Source: Eledone cirrhosa
Taxonomy: Eukaryota
NCBI GenBank assembly: GCA_964016885.1
Contig: OZ024743.1
Location: 18,290,001-18,354,000 of the forward strand
Reading direction: 5' to 3'
DNA: 64,000 bases
Shown: positions 11,611 to 23,622 of the stretch, piece after piece
Layout: the number at the start of each line of letters is the position of its first letter
Numbering within the stretch: the stretch's first letter is position 1
Position numbers and translations under genes: made by a program
The notes under the pieces: generated by a model
Databases searched by the model: none
Seen by the model: only the letters and a program-made list of their open reading frames with translations
Told to the model about the DNA's origin: nothing

Positions 11611-14517
11611 TGGAAAGCAAAATAATGATCAATATAGGACCTAGGAGGGAATTCACGGTTAAATTAACATCATCGTTCATTTTTCCCCTCTGTGCAAGTG
11701 CTGCTATTATCATAGAGCAGGGGGAGTAACTCTGGCCGGTGTTCCAACAATCAGTCCCATGTGGATTTGTATACCTGTTCATATGCTGGTGTTTAGCATC
11801 TTTATATTATGTGTGTTGTTTCACTAGTGCCAGTACAGGTCGGGTGTGGGGTGTACATATATTATTTAGTGGATGTTGCTTCACTAATGTTTGTTCGAGT
11901 ATGGTTCACGGTGTACATTTGGTTCACAGATATTTGTTTATACTGCCTGCCCACCGGGGTGTTATGGTTCGGGCAGGAGGACCCAGTTCGTAATTTTCAT
12001 GTCACAGTCGCCTCCCAGGCAAAATACGACGCCTGTATCCGGTGTTTACAATTAATAACTGATTCTGCTCTGCTGTTTATGGGCTCGTGGGGTGTTCTTA
12101 TGATGTAGTACAGCTCGATGAGGCAGAGCTGGCATTTCCCCCTGAAGTTGTAGGGTGCAGCCCTACTAACAATATCCCAGTGTGTGGAGAAGCTTATGTT
12201 GGCGTCTTGTAATGTGGTGACGTAGTTGGCAAGCCATATTGAGTGCCCTATATTTTGTTCCTGGATGAGTGGAGATGCGTTCTAAATCTCGTTTTAAACT
12301 GGCCAGTGGTGGCTCCTATATAGGGTTTAACTCCGCTATGGCTAGTTACGGTGCACCTATAAATAACCTTATCAGTCAGGCAATTTCCCCTGAGAGGGCA
12401 GTCTCCCCTGTCACGGCAGTTGCATTTTCCGTTACAGTCGCTCCTAGTTCCTGAAGTAAAGCTATTACTATTGCTATCTATGCTGTTATCTATGTCGCTA
12501 ACTCTTTCATTGGTACTGTTATCTCTCAAGGCGTGCGGTGTTGTACCATTATTATTCCGCACACTGCAGCCCGTTTTGCTGCACGTGGGTGACGCGTGTG
12601 GGTCGCCAGTATATTCTCCAATCACGCCCTGGTTACGTGTGTTTCGTCCGCCGGGGCGGCCATCAACCCTATTTAGTGCTGTTAGGAGGGCGTTATGGTT
12701 ATTAGTGTGTGTTGTCAGGTCTAGATGTATCTGTGCTAAGGTGTAGTGTTTTGTTAATCTTACTGTGATTAGTTGGTCCGATGATTTCAGCTAGATTGGA
12801 GGTGGCAGAGAAGGATATTTTGTTATTGTTCCTGTTAAGTATTTTTCTGTATTTATGATTAGGTGGGAAATTTCTCTCCAAGGCTTCGAAGAATATCCTC
12901 GGTACGTCGGAGGCCACACCCCGGAGGTAGGAGGGTGGAACCAAATGATATAACGGTGGCGTTTCCGCTTTACAGTGGGTTTGCTTCAAGTTGTGCCTCC
13001 TAGTTGACAGTACTTACGATTGTCCCTGTGCTGTAGCCGGTTATGCGTCCCCATTACTTTATGTTCAGGTTGAGGCGCCTTATATCCGTACTTTTTATGT
13101 GTGGCTAGACGTGGGTTGGAGGGTGTTGGTAATAGTCCGCTGCTGTTGCTGGTCTTATAGGTAGGGAATAACTTTAATAGGCTGCAGCGGGTGGCGTTAC
13201 CAATCGGGTAACACTTACCATACTGTCGGTTGTCTTGGTCGCCACTCATGTAATTAAAGGTGTGGCCAAGTTTCTTAGTGTGGTTCTCTATACTATAGTT
13301 CTTGACGCTGTCATGGCTGTAGCGTGTTCTGTTATAGGTATCGCTCACTATAACATTTAGTCCTACGTTGGGGTTGGTTTCTAGAGCTAGCGTTAAGGGT
13401 GTAGGATATTTTCCGGTTAAAACCGGCATTTAGTAAAGCCTTATTGTAATATTCGACCGCTTGGTTGAAGATATCTTCATTTCCGGAGAGCCTCGAGATC
13501 CTATGGGATATGCTATATACTATGGAGTTGAGAGTAGACTTGGGGTGGTTAGATGCATAATTTATATAGGACAGGATCTCACCGGGATTATGGTATGGAT
13601 TGTATAGGAACGTACTCAACTCCAGGGTTACCTCTAGGAAATTGACTATTTGGTGGTTGAGGTCCATGGTCACTGATAGGCCATATGTCTTAAAGAACCC
13701 GTGTATACGCTTGTTAAGATTCTCTATCCTGCGGGGGCTGTGGCTTCGCACGGTAAACAGGGCATCGTCCCTCTATACCACGCCCTGTAGGGCCGGTATC
13801 TCGTCCCTAATTCTATGGAGGAGGTATATGCCGACCAGGTTGGTTACTTGCGCTGGACTCCATCGTGATATCAACGTTATCAGGACGGTTGGTTCTGGTC
13901 CAGTAGGAGCCATCGAACTCTATATTATTTCTACGCGCTGCGAGCACAATATCTATCTCTTTCCTACTGAGGCTAGTATTAGACTTAGCTAGGATAAGCG
14001 CTTTATTTAGGAGTATGGGGGAGATTGATGCATAGTAGCCATCTATGTCAAACTGTATGAACTTGAGAGTTGTTTTATCAGGAAACTCTGTGAACCAATT
14101 AATGACCTGGTAGGTGCTGCTCCAGAGACAGACCTCGGCTTTATTATTGAGTTCTAGTAGTACTCTATCTAGGATCACTTTACTAATTTTACCTATATCC
14201 GAAGTAGATGGGCATATAAGTCTAATAGAGGGGTTTTCATTAAAGTTACATTTGTGCTCCTTAAGAGAGAATCTAGGTGTCATAGGGAGATATGGGTTGG
14301 TGAACTTATCTATGTCTAGGCTAGTAACTATGTCCTTCCCTACCCTATTTATATCACTGAAAGTGCTAGTTTGTGATTTCTTATAATTTTTATGTAGTTC
14401 CTTATAAATGAAATGTTTGTACTTGCTCACGTCCATCTTATACAGCTTCTAATGATGATGTTAATTTAAGCGTGAAATCCCTCCTGGGTCCTATATTGAT
14501 CATTATTTTGCTTTCCA

Positions 14518-14559
14518 TGCCCTTGATAACCCATTCAGGGTGAAACGTATGTAGGCGCA
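14518..14559 (+). ncRNA. Hammerhead ribozyme, U3:A8 core variant (family D, inverted copy)
   Basis: TGCCC-TTGATAA-CCCATTCAGGGT-GAAA-CGTATG-TA-GGCGCA. Confidence 0.62.
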
Positions 14560-14608
14560 CTATTATATAAATATGTTTTAACGGTTTTAAACTCTTTGTA
14601 TTCATTTT

Positions 14609-14684
<76 letters not shown>

Positions 14685-14723
14685 GATATTAACAAATGGA
14701 AACTATATTTATAAAACCATATC

Positions 14724-14788
14724 TATTTTATTATACATATTTCAAGGATACCATGTTAAATGATGGTATGCTTTCATCAGACAAAATA
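14724..14788 (-). ncRNA. Type I hammerhead ribozyme (family C)
   Basis: Reverse-complement copy of the motif at 14882-14946, core intact. Confidence 0.82.
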
Positions 14789-14881
14789 CAATATATACCA
14801 GTTTTATAAATAAATATTGACATACCCAATATTTGGGTATGTCAATATGTCAATATTTATTTATGAAACTGGTATATATTG

Positions 14882-14946
14882 TATTTTGTCTGATGAAAGC
14901 ATACCATAATTTAACATGGTATCCTTGAAATATGTATAATAAAATA
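14882..14946 (+). ncRNA. Type I hammerhead ribozyme (family C)
   Basis: TATTTTGT-CTGATGA-AAGCATACCAT aatttaac ATGGTATCCTT-GAAA-TATGTA-TA-ATAAAATA. Confidence 0.85.
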
Positions 14947-16869
14947 GATATCGTTTTATAAATATAGTTTCCATTTGTTAATATCGTATATTTACTCCAA
15001 ATCTTGTCGAGTGTTTTATATCAGTTATAAAAATATTTGCTTGTTGTATCCCAACAATTTAAATAGAACTTTTTCATATATATATATATATATATTTACA
15101 GTCACATGGATCCTAGTAAATATTAACAATTATAATTATATATATAACAAATATACTATTAAACAGTAAGTATGAGAATGTATTATGAACATCACAGAGA
15201 TGTGGTTTCTGTTAACGCTCTAATGCTCTATTACAAAAAAAGTAATTATTAAATTCGGACACATTTGATGTACAATTCCTTTTAGTATAGAAATCTTAGA
15301 CGCGCAATACTGGTGTGATATGCTGTATGAAGACTCGTTGCAATTTTCCAGACATAGTACTATTCTTGCCATCACGTTTCCCCTGGATAGAATATGTGGG
15401 TTGGGAGAGTGTGAGAAAGTTATAGTCAGCGAAATTTGGAGAAGTTAGGGCGATGATATTCATAATATAACATTCAATTTATTACACATTCTAAAATTAG
15501 ATCTACACTTAGAATGCTGTGTATTATTTTTCGTCTGACTTGAATTTGCTAAAGGCAAGTAACTTTTCGTAATGATATTACGTCTCATTTAAATATTTCT
15601 CTTTCCTCTTTGGTCACACTGTGCATTACTTTACATCAACTGTCTAGTCATTTTGAGTCGGGATATAAAATATTCAGAAAGAACAAACTTTACAAGCAAC
15701 ATTTTAAAAATAAAAGATTTTTAGCAAGTTATATAATATACGACCTATTGAAGTTACGCCAGTGAGAATAATAGAAATCGAAGAAAAATGTTACTGTTTT
15801 TCATTACACCTAAGAGTGAAATACAGAGAAAGCCAGATTAATAAGTAAATTGGATATGTGTTGTTATTATACTAAAACTATGCTAAAATGAACACTTTGC
15901 CTTACATTAATCTTTGGGGATTGTAGATTGCATTAGTGACTGATTATTAGAATGCAACAGTAGATAGTGATAAATGATAAATAGGTCTTTCAAACTTACT
16001 ATTTCCGCAAATTCACAATACATAAATTATTGTGAACATGTTGAAATTCGCGCCAGGCTAATGTTATAAACACGTTAATAATCAGTCTTGAATATATAAA
16101 TGTAAAATTCTTGTCTGCATATTATCATCATCACTTTCAATACCATAAATATCTGAGATACTGTGTACAATTAATATGATTATACTTCATTTATCTCTTT
16201 TCAAATAATGAAATATCTCTGCAACTGATATGATGCGAAATTACGTAGCTATCACATTTCTATACTACAATACATGTTTCATCTCAAAGACTTTAAGATT
16301 TTAAAACGGGGGTATATTTTCATAACGGGATTTACTTTTGTATAAACACTGTATAATGAGCTATTTGTTCATAATGAGCTATTTATTTTATACTCATGAT
16401 TACCTGATAACAGGTTTGAGATAATGGTAACTAAAGGAAAAACTGATTCAAATGAAAGATCAAGCATTTCACACAGATACCAACCAAATGACGCTCGATG
16501 ATACAAAATATAATTGCTTCCAATTGAAAGTTGATGGTTTTTTAATTGTGGTACATAATGTTTGCACAATCTCATGTTGCAATAACTGGAACTCTACAGC
16601 ACAAAAGCAATTGCCGTACTTTCCACTAAATGTTCATGAAAAACTCTAAGAACTCTGTCAATATAGTTATATAACTTCAATCAATAGTCAACGATGTCCA
16701 GTAGTTTGGACATCTTTAAATATTCAGTAAGATCATCCTTTAAAAGCAACATTTTAATCGTAAAAGTGTGGTTACTTTATTTAAGAATGTTGCGAAAAAT
16801 AGTTTTACGGGGATATGATACATATAGAAGTTTGTATCTTAGTAAAGTGTTAGTTTTATTTTTTGTTCT

Positions 16870-17680
16870 CGAGAAATTAAACCAGAAAAAAGCCTTCTGC
16901 CTCTCAGAAGATAGTGGCCAAGACTTTCGACATTGAACATTCAGATTTTGCTTTGACTGACCCACCTATACCTCTGGGCAGCCACTGCCTCGATTTAGCT
17001 TTGTTCTCGGGAACGTAGAGCCACGTTTCATCCCTGTTAAACATGTTTTGGTTAAAAGCTTAATGGTCTTCATCGCACTAGTTTAACATTTCAATCGAAA
17101 TACCTGTCCTTGTTTGCTGCTGATCTGGACGCAACAGCTTTGCTAGCCATCTAGTGAAAAGCTTGCTCAGCCTCAAGCTCCCTCCCAGAATTGCGTGTGC
17201 AAAATGCAGGAAGATGTAGATTGTGTCGGCTAATTATTCAGTGGTTATTCACCTAGCCTTTTCAATGAGGTCACGAACAGCATCGATGGTTTCCTCACAG
17301 ACTGACGTGGATGGCCTGCCACTGCGGGGTTCATCATCAACCTCATCTCTTCTACGTCTAACACGACTCATGAATTTGTAGGGTTTTGATTTCTTTGGGG
17401 CCTTGTCCCCATTAATATGTTCCAGAGCATCCAATATTTGACTGCTCTTCAATCATAGGTTCACATTGAATTCCATCTCAATTTTTAAGGAGTTTATGCT
17501 ACTCGATCGCGTATTGACTTCGAACTAGTGACACCGCATTCCAACATGCATTTAAGGGTTTATGTTAGAAAATCTTATGACACGTTAATTCGAGAACGTA
17601 CAGGTGCATTGAAATCAAAATCGCCGCATATGACTTTTGGCTATGTATGTTTTCCGAGTGCATTTTGAAGCCCCTTCGTA
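16870..17680 (-). mobile_element. Mariner (Tc1/mariner) transposon fragment, 5' half
   Basis: ORF 17249-17452 has VDDEPRSGRPSTSVCEETIDAVRDLI. Downstream GDETW-like (about 17022-17036) and VLATIFxEAEGF motifs. Mariner-like terminus TACGAAGGGGCTTCAAAA at 17663-17680. Confidence 0.85.
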
Positions 17681-18531
17681 TATATTTTCAAGAACCCTCG
17701 TATTTATACACATACTTTGCATGCAAATATGCATAATCTTTGCAGTTTAGAAGGAAAATATATATGTATCGAATCAGGGAACGAATTATTGAAAAAAGTT
17801 TCAAATATATCTACTGTATACTACATATTGACACTAACGCCAAGAAAGCTACCTAAAGGGCATTTTACACATAGGTATTAATTATTTTCAGCAAAATATG
17901 AAGTTATCAATGTTTGGATTTTCATAATGTCTTTCTTAAAGAGCTTCATTGTCATTTCATGCTAGATAAGTCGACATAAATTCCCAATAATTAATATAAA
18001 TAATTGATTTTAAAATATTATAAATTAAAATTGTATGAAAACAATATTAGTTTTATCCGATCAAAAGCGGTTATTTTAACATCGTCAGTAATTGAATAAT
18101 TAACATGAACACATTTTGCTGATTTCATTTCGACTCAAATAAATCAAGCGAAATAACGTGCAATTAATATAAATAAGATTAGTTTTGTAAGTAAAATACA
18201 TATATTCAAAAAAGTTGTGCCTTAAGCTAGTCACAAAACATTAATTGTTAGGACACGCTCAGAACTGTAGAACAGACACGGAATTATCGGAAGCACTCTT
18301 ACTTACCCCCACCCCCCGCCCCCACCCCCCATATAATATATATATATATATATTCTAGAGTTGGGCCAGTTCGATACAGATCGAACCATGAGCAGATGAA
18401 TAGCGAAATGAATGTCACCAATAAATAAACGTAACAAAAGCTTAATAAATCGTCCTGAATTATACACACACACACACACACACACATACACCTTCCCCCC
18501 ACACACACACATACACACACACACACACATA

Positions 18532-18577
<46 letters not shown>

Positions 18578-19029
18578 TATAAATACGTATGTGCGAAACC
18601 ATGTCGAATTGAAAGTTGGATGAGGAGGTCATCACGATACTGTTATTCTGTGTATTTCTTTAGTTTACATTCTTCATTCTTTCTTCATAATTTTTGTCTT
18701 TTGTTGTTCTCCAAAATATATATTTCTCCCGCGATCACATTCTCGCTGTTCTCTACTCCTCTTCACTTCTTTAATTTTTCTACATAAGTATATACCACTT
18801 TTATTTCTCATCTCATGGTTCCGACTCTCTTTCTTCCTTTCTCTCTCGCTCCCTCTCTCTCTCTCTCTCTCTCACTCTCTACGTTCTTTCGCTAAATATG
18901 TAGTTATATTTTAACCCTACATTTTGGGATCCACATAGCAAGCAGCTGTTCACATTTACCTACGTGCTCAGATTCCTACAATTTTATGAAAATTCGATCG
19001 TTTTCAATATATATATAAATATATATACA

Positions 19030-19200
<171 letters not shown>

Positions 19201-19985
19201 CGCAGCTTAAGGCTCACTTGGTACATTCGCAATATCCGCCATCCTACATCTACTGCCGATGATTTATTTCCATAATATAGCAATGAATATTTGGTTTCGT
19301 TGTTCTATAGACAAAACAAGATATGTATTAGTTTATGGCTCTCAGAGTACCAAGTTTATAAATATCACTGATGATGGAAATGTATTAAGAAACAGCCGTC
19401 AGACATTCCGAATATATATTGTGACAAATGTGGTAATTTCACAGGTTAACCATTCATGACGAGACTCGTGTATGTTCATTAAAGATAAGAATATATTCTA
19501 TGGTTTCATACATGCCAAATGTTATTATTACTACTAATATATACGGGCTACCCCACACCAACACATGCTCAACACTCCTCTCACGCGTGTATACTAATGA
19601 CCCGAATATATATGTATATATTAGCAGAGAATGGATAGAGAAATGATCTCTCTTCTCTGAATGAACCTATATGTGAAAATAAATTTTTCTTTCCGTTTTT
19701 ATTTTTATTATTATTATAATTATTTAAAGTAGAAACAATTATTTAAAGTAGAAACAATTATTGAAGAAGTATAAACAATTAGTTAAAAAGTAGAAACAAT
19801 TATTATTATTATCACTATTAGTGCAAATATGCAACTTAACAATTTTCTGCATATCCGCAATTGACAAAGCATCTAATGCTGAAACTGGTATTGTAAATAC
19901 ATTTGATATCTCAATGAAAACATCTCTTCAACATTTTCTACTATTTGTTTTTATATATATCAACTTGTATGTTACTTTTCTACAT

Positions 19986-20047
<62 letters not shown>

Positions 20048-20175
20048 AACGTTTTATTTAAAATTGTTGGGTTACAACGAGTAAATATTTTATAACTGAT
20101 ATAAAAGCACTCAACAAGTTTTGGAGTATATTTACGATATTAAACAAATGGAAACTATATTTATAAAACCATATT

Positions 20176-20241
20176 TATTTCATTATATATATTTCAGGGA
20201 TATTATATTTTAAATATGGTATGCCCTCTTCAGACAAAATA
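20176..20241 (-). ncRNA. Type I hammerhead ribozyme (family C, CTGAAGA core)
   Basis: Minus strand reads TATTTTGT-CTGAAGA-GGGCATACCATAT..ATATCCCT-GAAA-TATATA-TA-ATGAAATA. Confidence 0.8.
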
Positions 20242-20774
20242 CAATATATAAACAGTTTTATGAATAAATTTGACATACCTTAAACTTTACAACTTCCATT
20301 TAAAAAGTTGTTTTCGTAGTGAAAATGTTAAGGACAGTTAGAAAGAAAGACGAAGAGAAAAAAGAAAGAAAGTGTATAGTGCTAAGGACAGTTAGAGAGG
20401 AAGACGAAGAAAAGTAGAAACAATTATTATTATTATCACTATTAGTACAAATATGCAACTTAACAATTTTCTGCATATCCGCAATTGACAAAGCATCTAA
20501 TGCTGAAACCGGTATTGTAAATACATTTGATATCTCAATGAAAACATCTCTTCAAAATGTTCTACTATTTGTATTTATATATATCAACTTTATATATATC
20601 AACTTTCTTCGTCTTCCTCTCTAACTGTCCTTAGCACTATACACTTTCTTTCTTTTTTCTCTTCGTCTTTCTTTCTAACTGTCCTTAACATTTTCACTAC
20701 CAAAACAACTTTTTAAATGGAAGTTGTAAAGTTTAAGGTATGTCAAATTTATTTATAAAACTGTTTATATATTG

Positions 20775-20840
20775 TATTTTGTCTGAAGAGGGCATACCAT
20801 ATTTTTAATATGATATCCCTGAAATATATATAATGAAATA
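20775..20840 (+). ncRNA. Type I hammerhead ribozyme (family C, CTGAAGA core)
   Basis: TATTTTGT-CTGAAGA-GGGCATACCATAT..ATATGATATCCCT-GAAA-TATATA-TA-ATGAAATA. Confidence 0.82.
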
Positions 20841-20964
20841 AATATGGTTTTATAAATATAGTTTCCATTTGTTTAATATCGTATATATATATATATATTA
20901 TGATAAATGGAAACAATGAAACGAAATTTCATTTCTCACTCACTCTAAGTACGGTTGTTACTTA

Positions 20965-21520
20965 AATATAAGTATGTATACGTACATACATATATGTATC
21001 CAGACGTACAGTAGTATGTATATATATACATACATGCACACATATATATATATGTACGTATGGATTTACCGAGCGTTTATTATAATTCTCGGTTTGTTTG
21101 TAAACAAACATCACGAATTAAGCCGTACAGTGTTTAGCAACCATCGTTGCCCTTTTGTTAAACACTGGCAAAGGAACGATGTACTAGTTTCAAGCTTATT
21201 AGCTATCGTCAGCACCGTATACCTTCCTGCCAGATGATTGAACGTCTGAATGTATATACTTTCGATAGCTGATAAGCTTGACGATAGTTAATAAGCTTGA
21301 AACTAGTACATAGTTCCTTTGCCAGTGTTGAACAAATGGGCAACGATGGTTGCTAAAAACTGTACGGCTTAATTCGGTATGTTTGTTTACAAACAAACCA
21401 AGCATTATAATAAATGTTCGGTAAATCCATACGTATATATGGGTGCATGTATGTACATATATATACATACTACTGTACGTCTATATACATATATGTATGT
21501 ACGTATACATACTTATATAT
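20965..21520. repeat. ~245 bp inverted repeat with ~70 bp spacer, HHR-bearing
   Basis: 20965-21210 is the reverse complement of 21279-21520. Confidence 0.88.
21176..21218 (-). ncRNA. Minimal type I hammerhead ribozyme (family E)
   Basis: Minus strand reads ACGGTG-CTGACGA-TAGCTAATAAGCTT-GAAA-CTAG-TA-CATCGT. Confidence 0.82.
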
Positions 21521-21734
21521 TATGCAATTATGTATACATACATATATATATCGGTGCGTGTGTGTATGTGTGTGTGTCTTTATGTATGCATGTTTGTTTG
21601 TGTGTGTGTATAAATAGAAAGGAACATACTTAGAATGAGGAACACAGCAGATACAGTTATTAAAAAAATGATGTTATACATATGTTACGATTAATGTTGT
21701 CGAAGATTAATTTTGTTGTTATTAGTTTTTCATG

Positions 21735-23622
21735 AGAAATAGTTAAGGAGCCAGAAAAGATACCATCATGGCTAGTTAAACGGCATTACATTCCTGCTTC
21801 CGAAGAATGATGAGACAAACAATCCCAAAAATTACAGACCGATAACTTGCTTGACCACAATGTATAAAATTTTAACATCAGTCCTAACTGAATACACATA
21901 TGACCACCTGATAACAAATGACCTATTTACCATTGAGCAGAAAGGGTGTAAACGAGGCTCACATGGCTGTAAGGATCAGCTTCTGGTTAACAAAATGATA
22001 CTGGAAGATTGTCATAATAGACACAAAAATCTATCGATTGCTTGGATAGGTTATAAAAAAGCATTCGATAGTTTGCCACACAGTTGGATTGAAAAATGTT
22101 TAGAGATTTTCAAAATATCCCCCGTTGTCAGGAGGTTTTTGTCATTCAGTATGAAGACATGGAAAACGACACTCCTTTTGAATAGTGAAACAAAATCACT
22201 GGAAGCTGGAGAAGTTAATATTAATTGTGGAATTTTTCAGGGTGACTCTTTATCACCGCTTTTATTCTGCATCGCGCTTATACCATTAAGTAAAATGCTC
22301 AATGAAACAAAACATGGATATAAAGTCTATGAAAAAAACCATTAATCACCTGTTCTACATGGATGACCTGAAACTATTTGCAAAAAATGATGAACAATTG
22401 CAAGGGCTATTATCCACTGTGGAGCAGTTCAGTGATGACATTAAAATGGAGTTTGGACTAGATAAATGCGCCAAGGCAACGTTCACCAGAGGAAAGCTGC
22501 TGAAGTGTTCAGACATTAATCTTGATCGGGGGAACGTGATAAGAGAACTTGATCAAGAAAAAACTTACAAATATCTAGGTGTTTGTGAAGGAGACGGAAT
22601 CAAGCACTCCACAATGAGGGAAAGGATAAGGAAGCAATGTTACCGCAGAGTAAGAGCAATCTTAAGAACGGAATTGAATGCAAGGAATAGGATCGATGCC
22701 ATAAACACGCTTGCCATACCAGTAGTAACCTACAGTTACAATGTCATCAACTGGTCAAGCACAGAGATCCGTAGGCTCGATACAAAAATTCGAAAATTCT
22801 TAACCATGCACAGAATGCATCACCCTAAGGCAGATATAGATAGAATATATCTCCCTAGGAAAGAAGGAGGACGTGGGTTAATCCAGTTAGACATTGCGTT
22901 GAAAACTGCAACAATTGGATTATCTACATATCTAAGGGAATCACATGATTGGATGATCAAACGCGTTTTAAAACACGAAAGCATCAAAAGATCATATTCC
23001 ATTACAAAAGATGCACAAAGATAGAGTAATGGACTACAAATTTCTGAAGTCCCATTTACTGCTGAAATGGAAAACACAGAAAAAGCAAAGCAGGTAAAAG
23101 TAACTGCAAAGAAAGAACTGCTACAGAAACTGGCTAAGAAATGGCAAGAAAAGCCTCTGTATGGAAAATACCCACAGCGAGCTAACAATCCTGATGTTGA
23201 CAAAACTTTAAGCCATCAGTGATTGGCATCCTCAGGACTGAAATCGGAGACTGAAGGACTGATTATATCAGCACAAGATCAGTGTCTGCCAACACAAAAT
23301 TACCAACCCAGCATAATAAAAAATGGATGCGCTCTGGGAATGATACCTAAGGGGTCTAATGATTACTTATCGCAAATCACAGGAAACCCGCGTATAGGAG
23401 AAATACAAAAGATAGTACTAATGGGAACTGCCCACATACTAAGGAAGATTCTGTCAATATAATTACATCACAAGTCTAAACACTAAAGATGCATGTGTGA
23501 GTATGTATGTTCTTTCTTGAACATGGCGGACCTTGTTGTCTCTTGAGGTCACTGGTTGTGACTTGGTGATAACTCGTATGAACATAAAGCAAGATAAATG
23601 CAATTGTAATAATAATAATAAT
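21735..23622 (+). mobile_element. R4/Dong-type non-LTR retrotransposon, 5'-truncated, endonuclease region deleted
   Basis: RT motifs KKAFDSLPH, GIFQGDSLSPLLF, HLFYMDDLKL, YKYLG, RIYLPRKEGGRGL and the C-terminal IQKIVLMGTAHILRK. Ends in (TAA)n. Zinc knuckle and PD..D domain are missing at about 23330. Confidence 0.88.

Larger units (their letters stand above)
11527..14610 (-). mobile_element. Penelope-like element with inverted pseudo-LTR at its truncated 5' end
   Basis: ORFs 13813-14436 (FSLKEHKCNF..IRLICPSTSDIGKISK, FIQFDIDGYY), 13332-13751 (VNFLEVTLEL, SNHP), 12702-12989 and 12248-12625 (CNCRDRGDCPL..VIYRC..YIGATTGQFKTRF). Segment 11527-11680 is inverted at 14450-14610. Confidence 0.92.
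14681..14990. repeat. Near-perfect ~150 bp-arm palindrome carrying two family C HHRs
   Basis: 14681-14829 is the reverse complement of 14833-14990, centred at about 14831 and starting at a (TA)n tract. Confidence 0.92.
19786..20883. mobile_element. Non-coding HHR element: direct repeat (period ~624 bp) plus ~280 bp inverted repeat
   Basis: 19786-19966 matches 20410-20590. 20133-20414 is inverted at 20602-20883. Each inverted arm carries a family C HHR. Confidence 0.8.

Noticed and set aside
15290-15470. Possible host exon (55-codon minus-strand frame)
   Set aside because: No recognisable protein motif or splice support.
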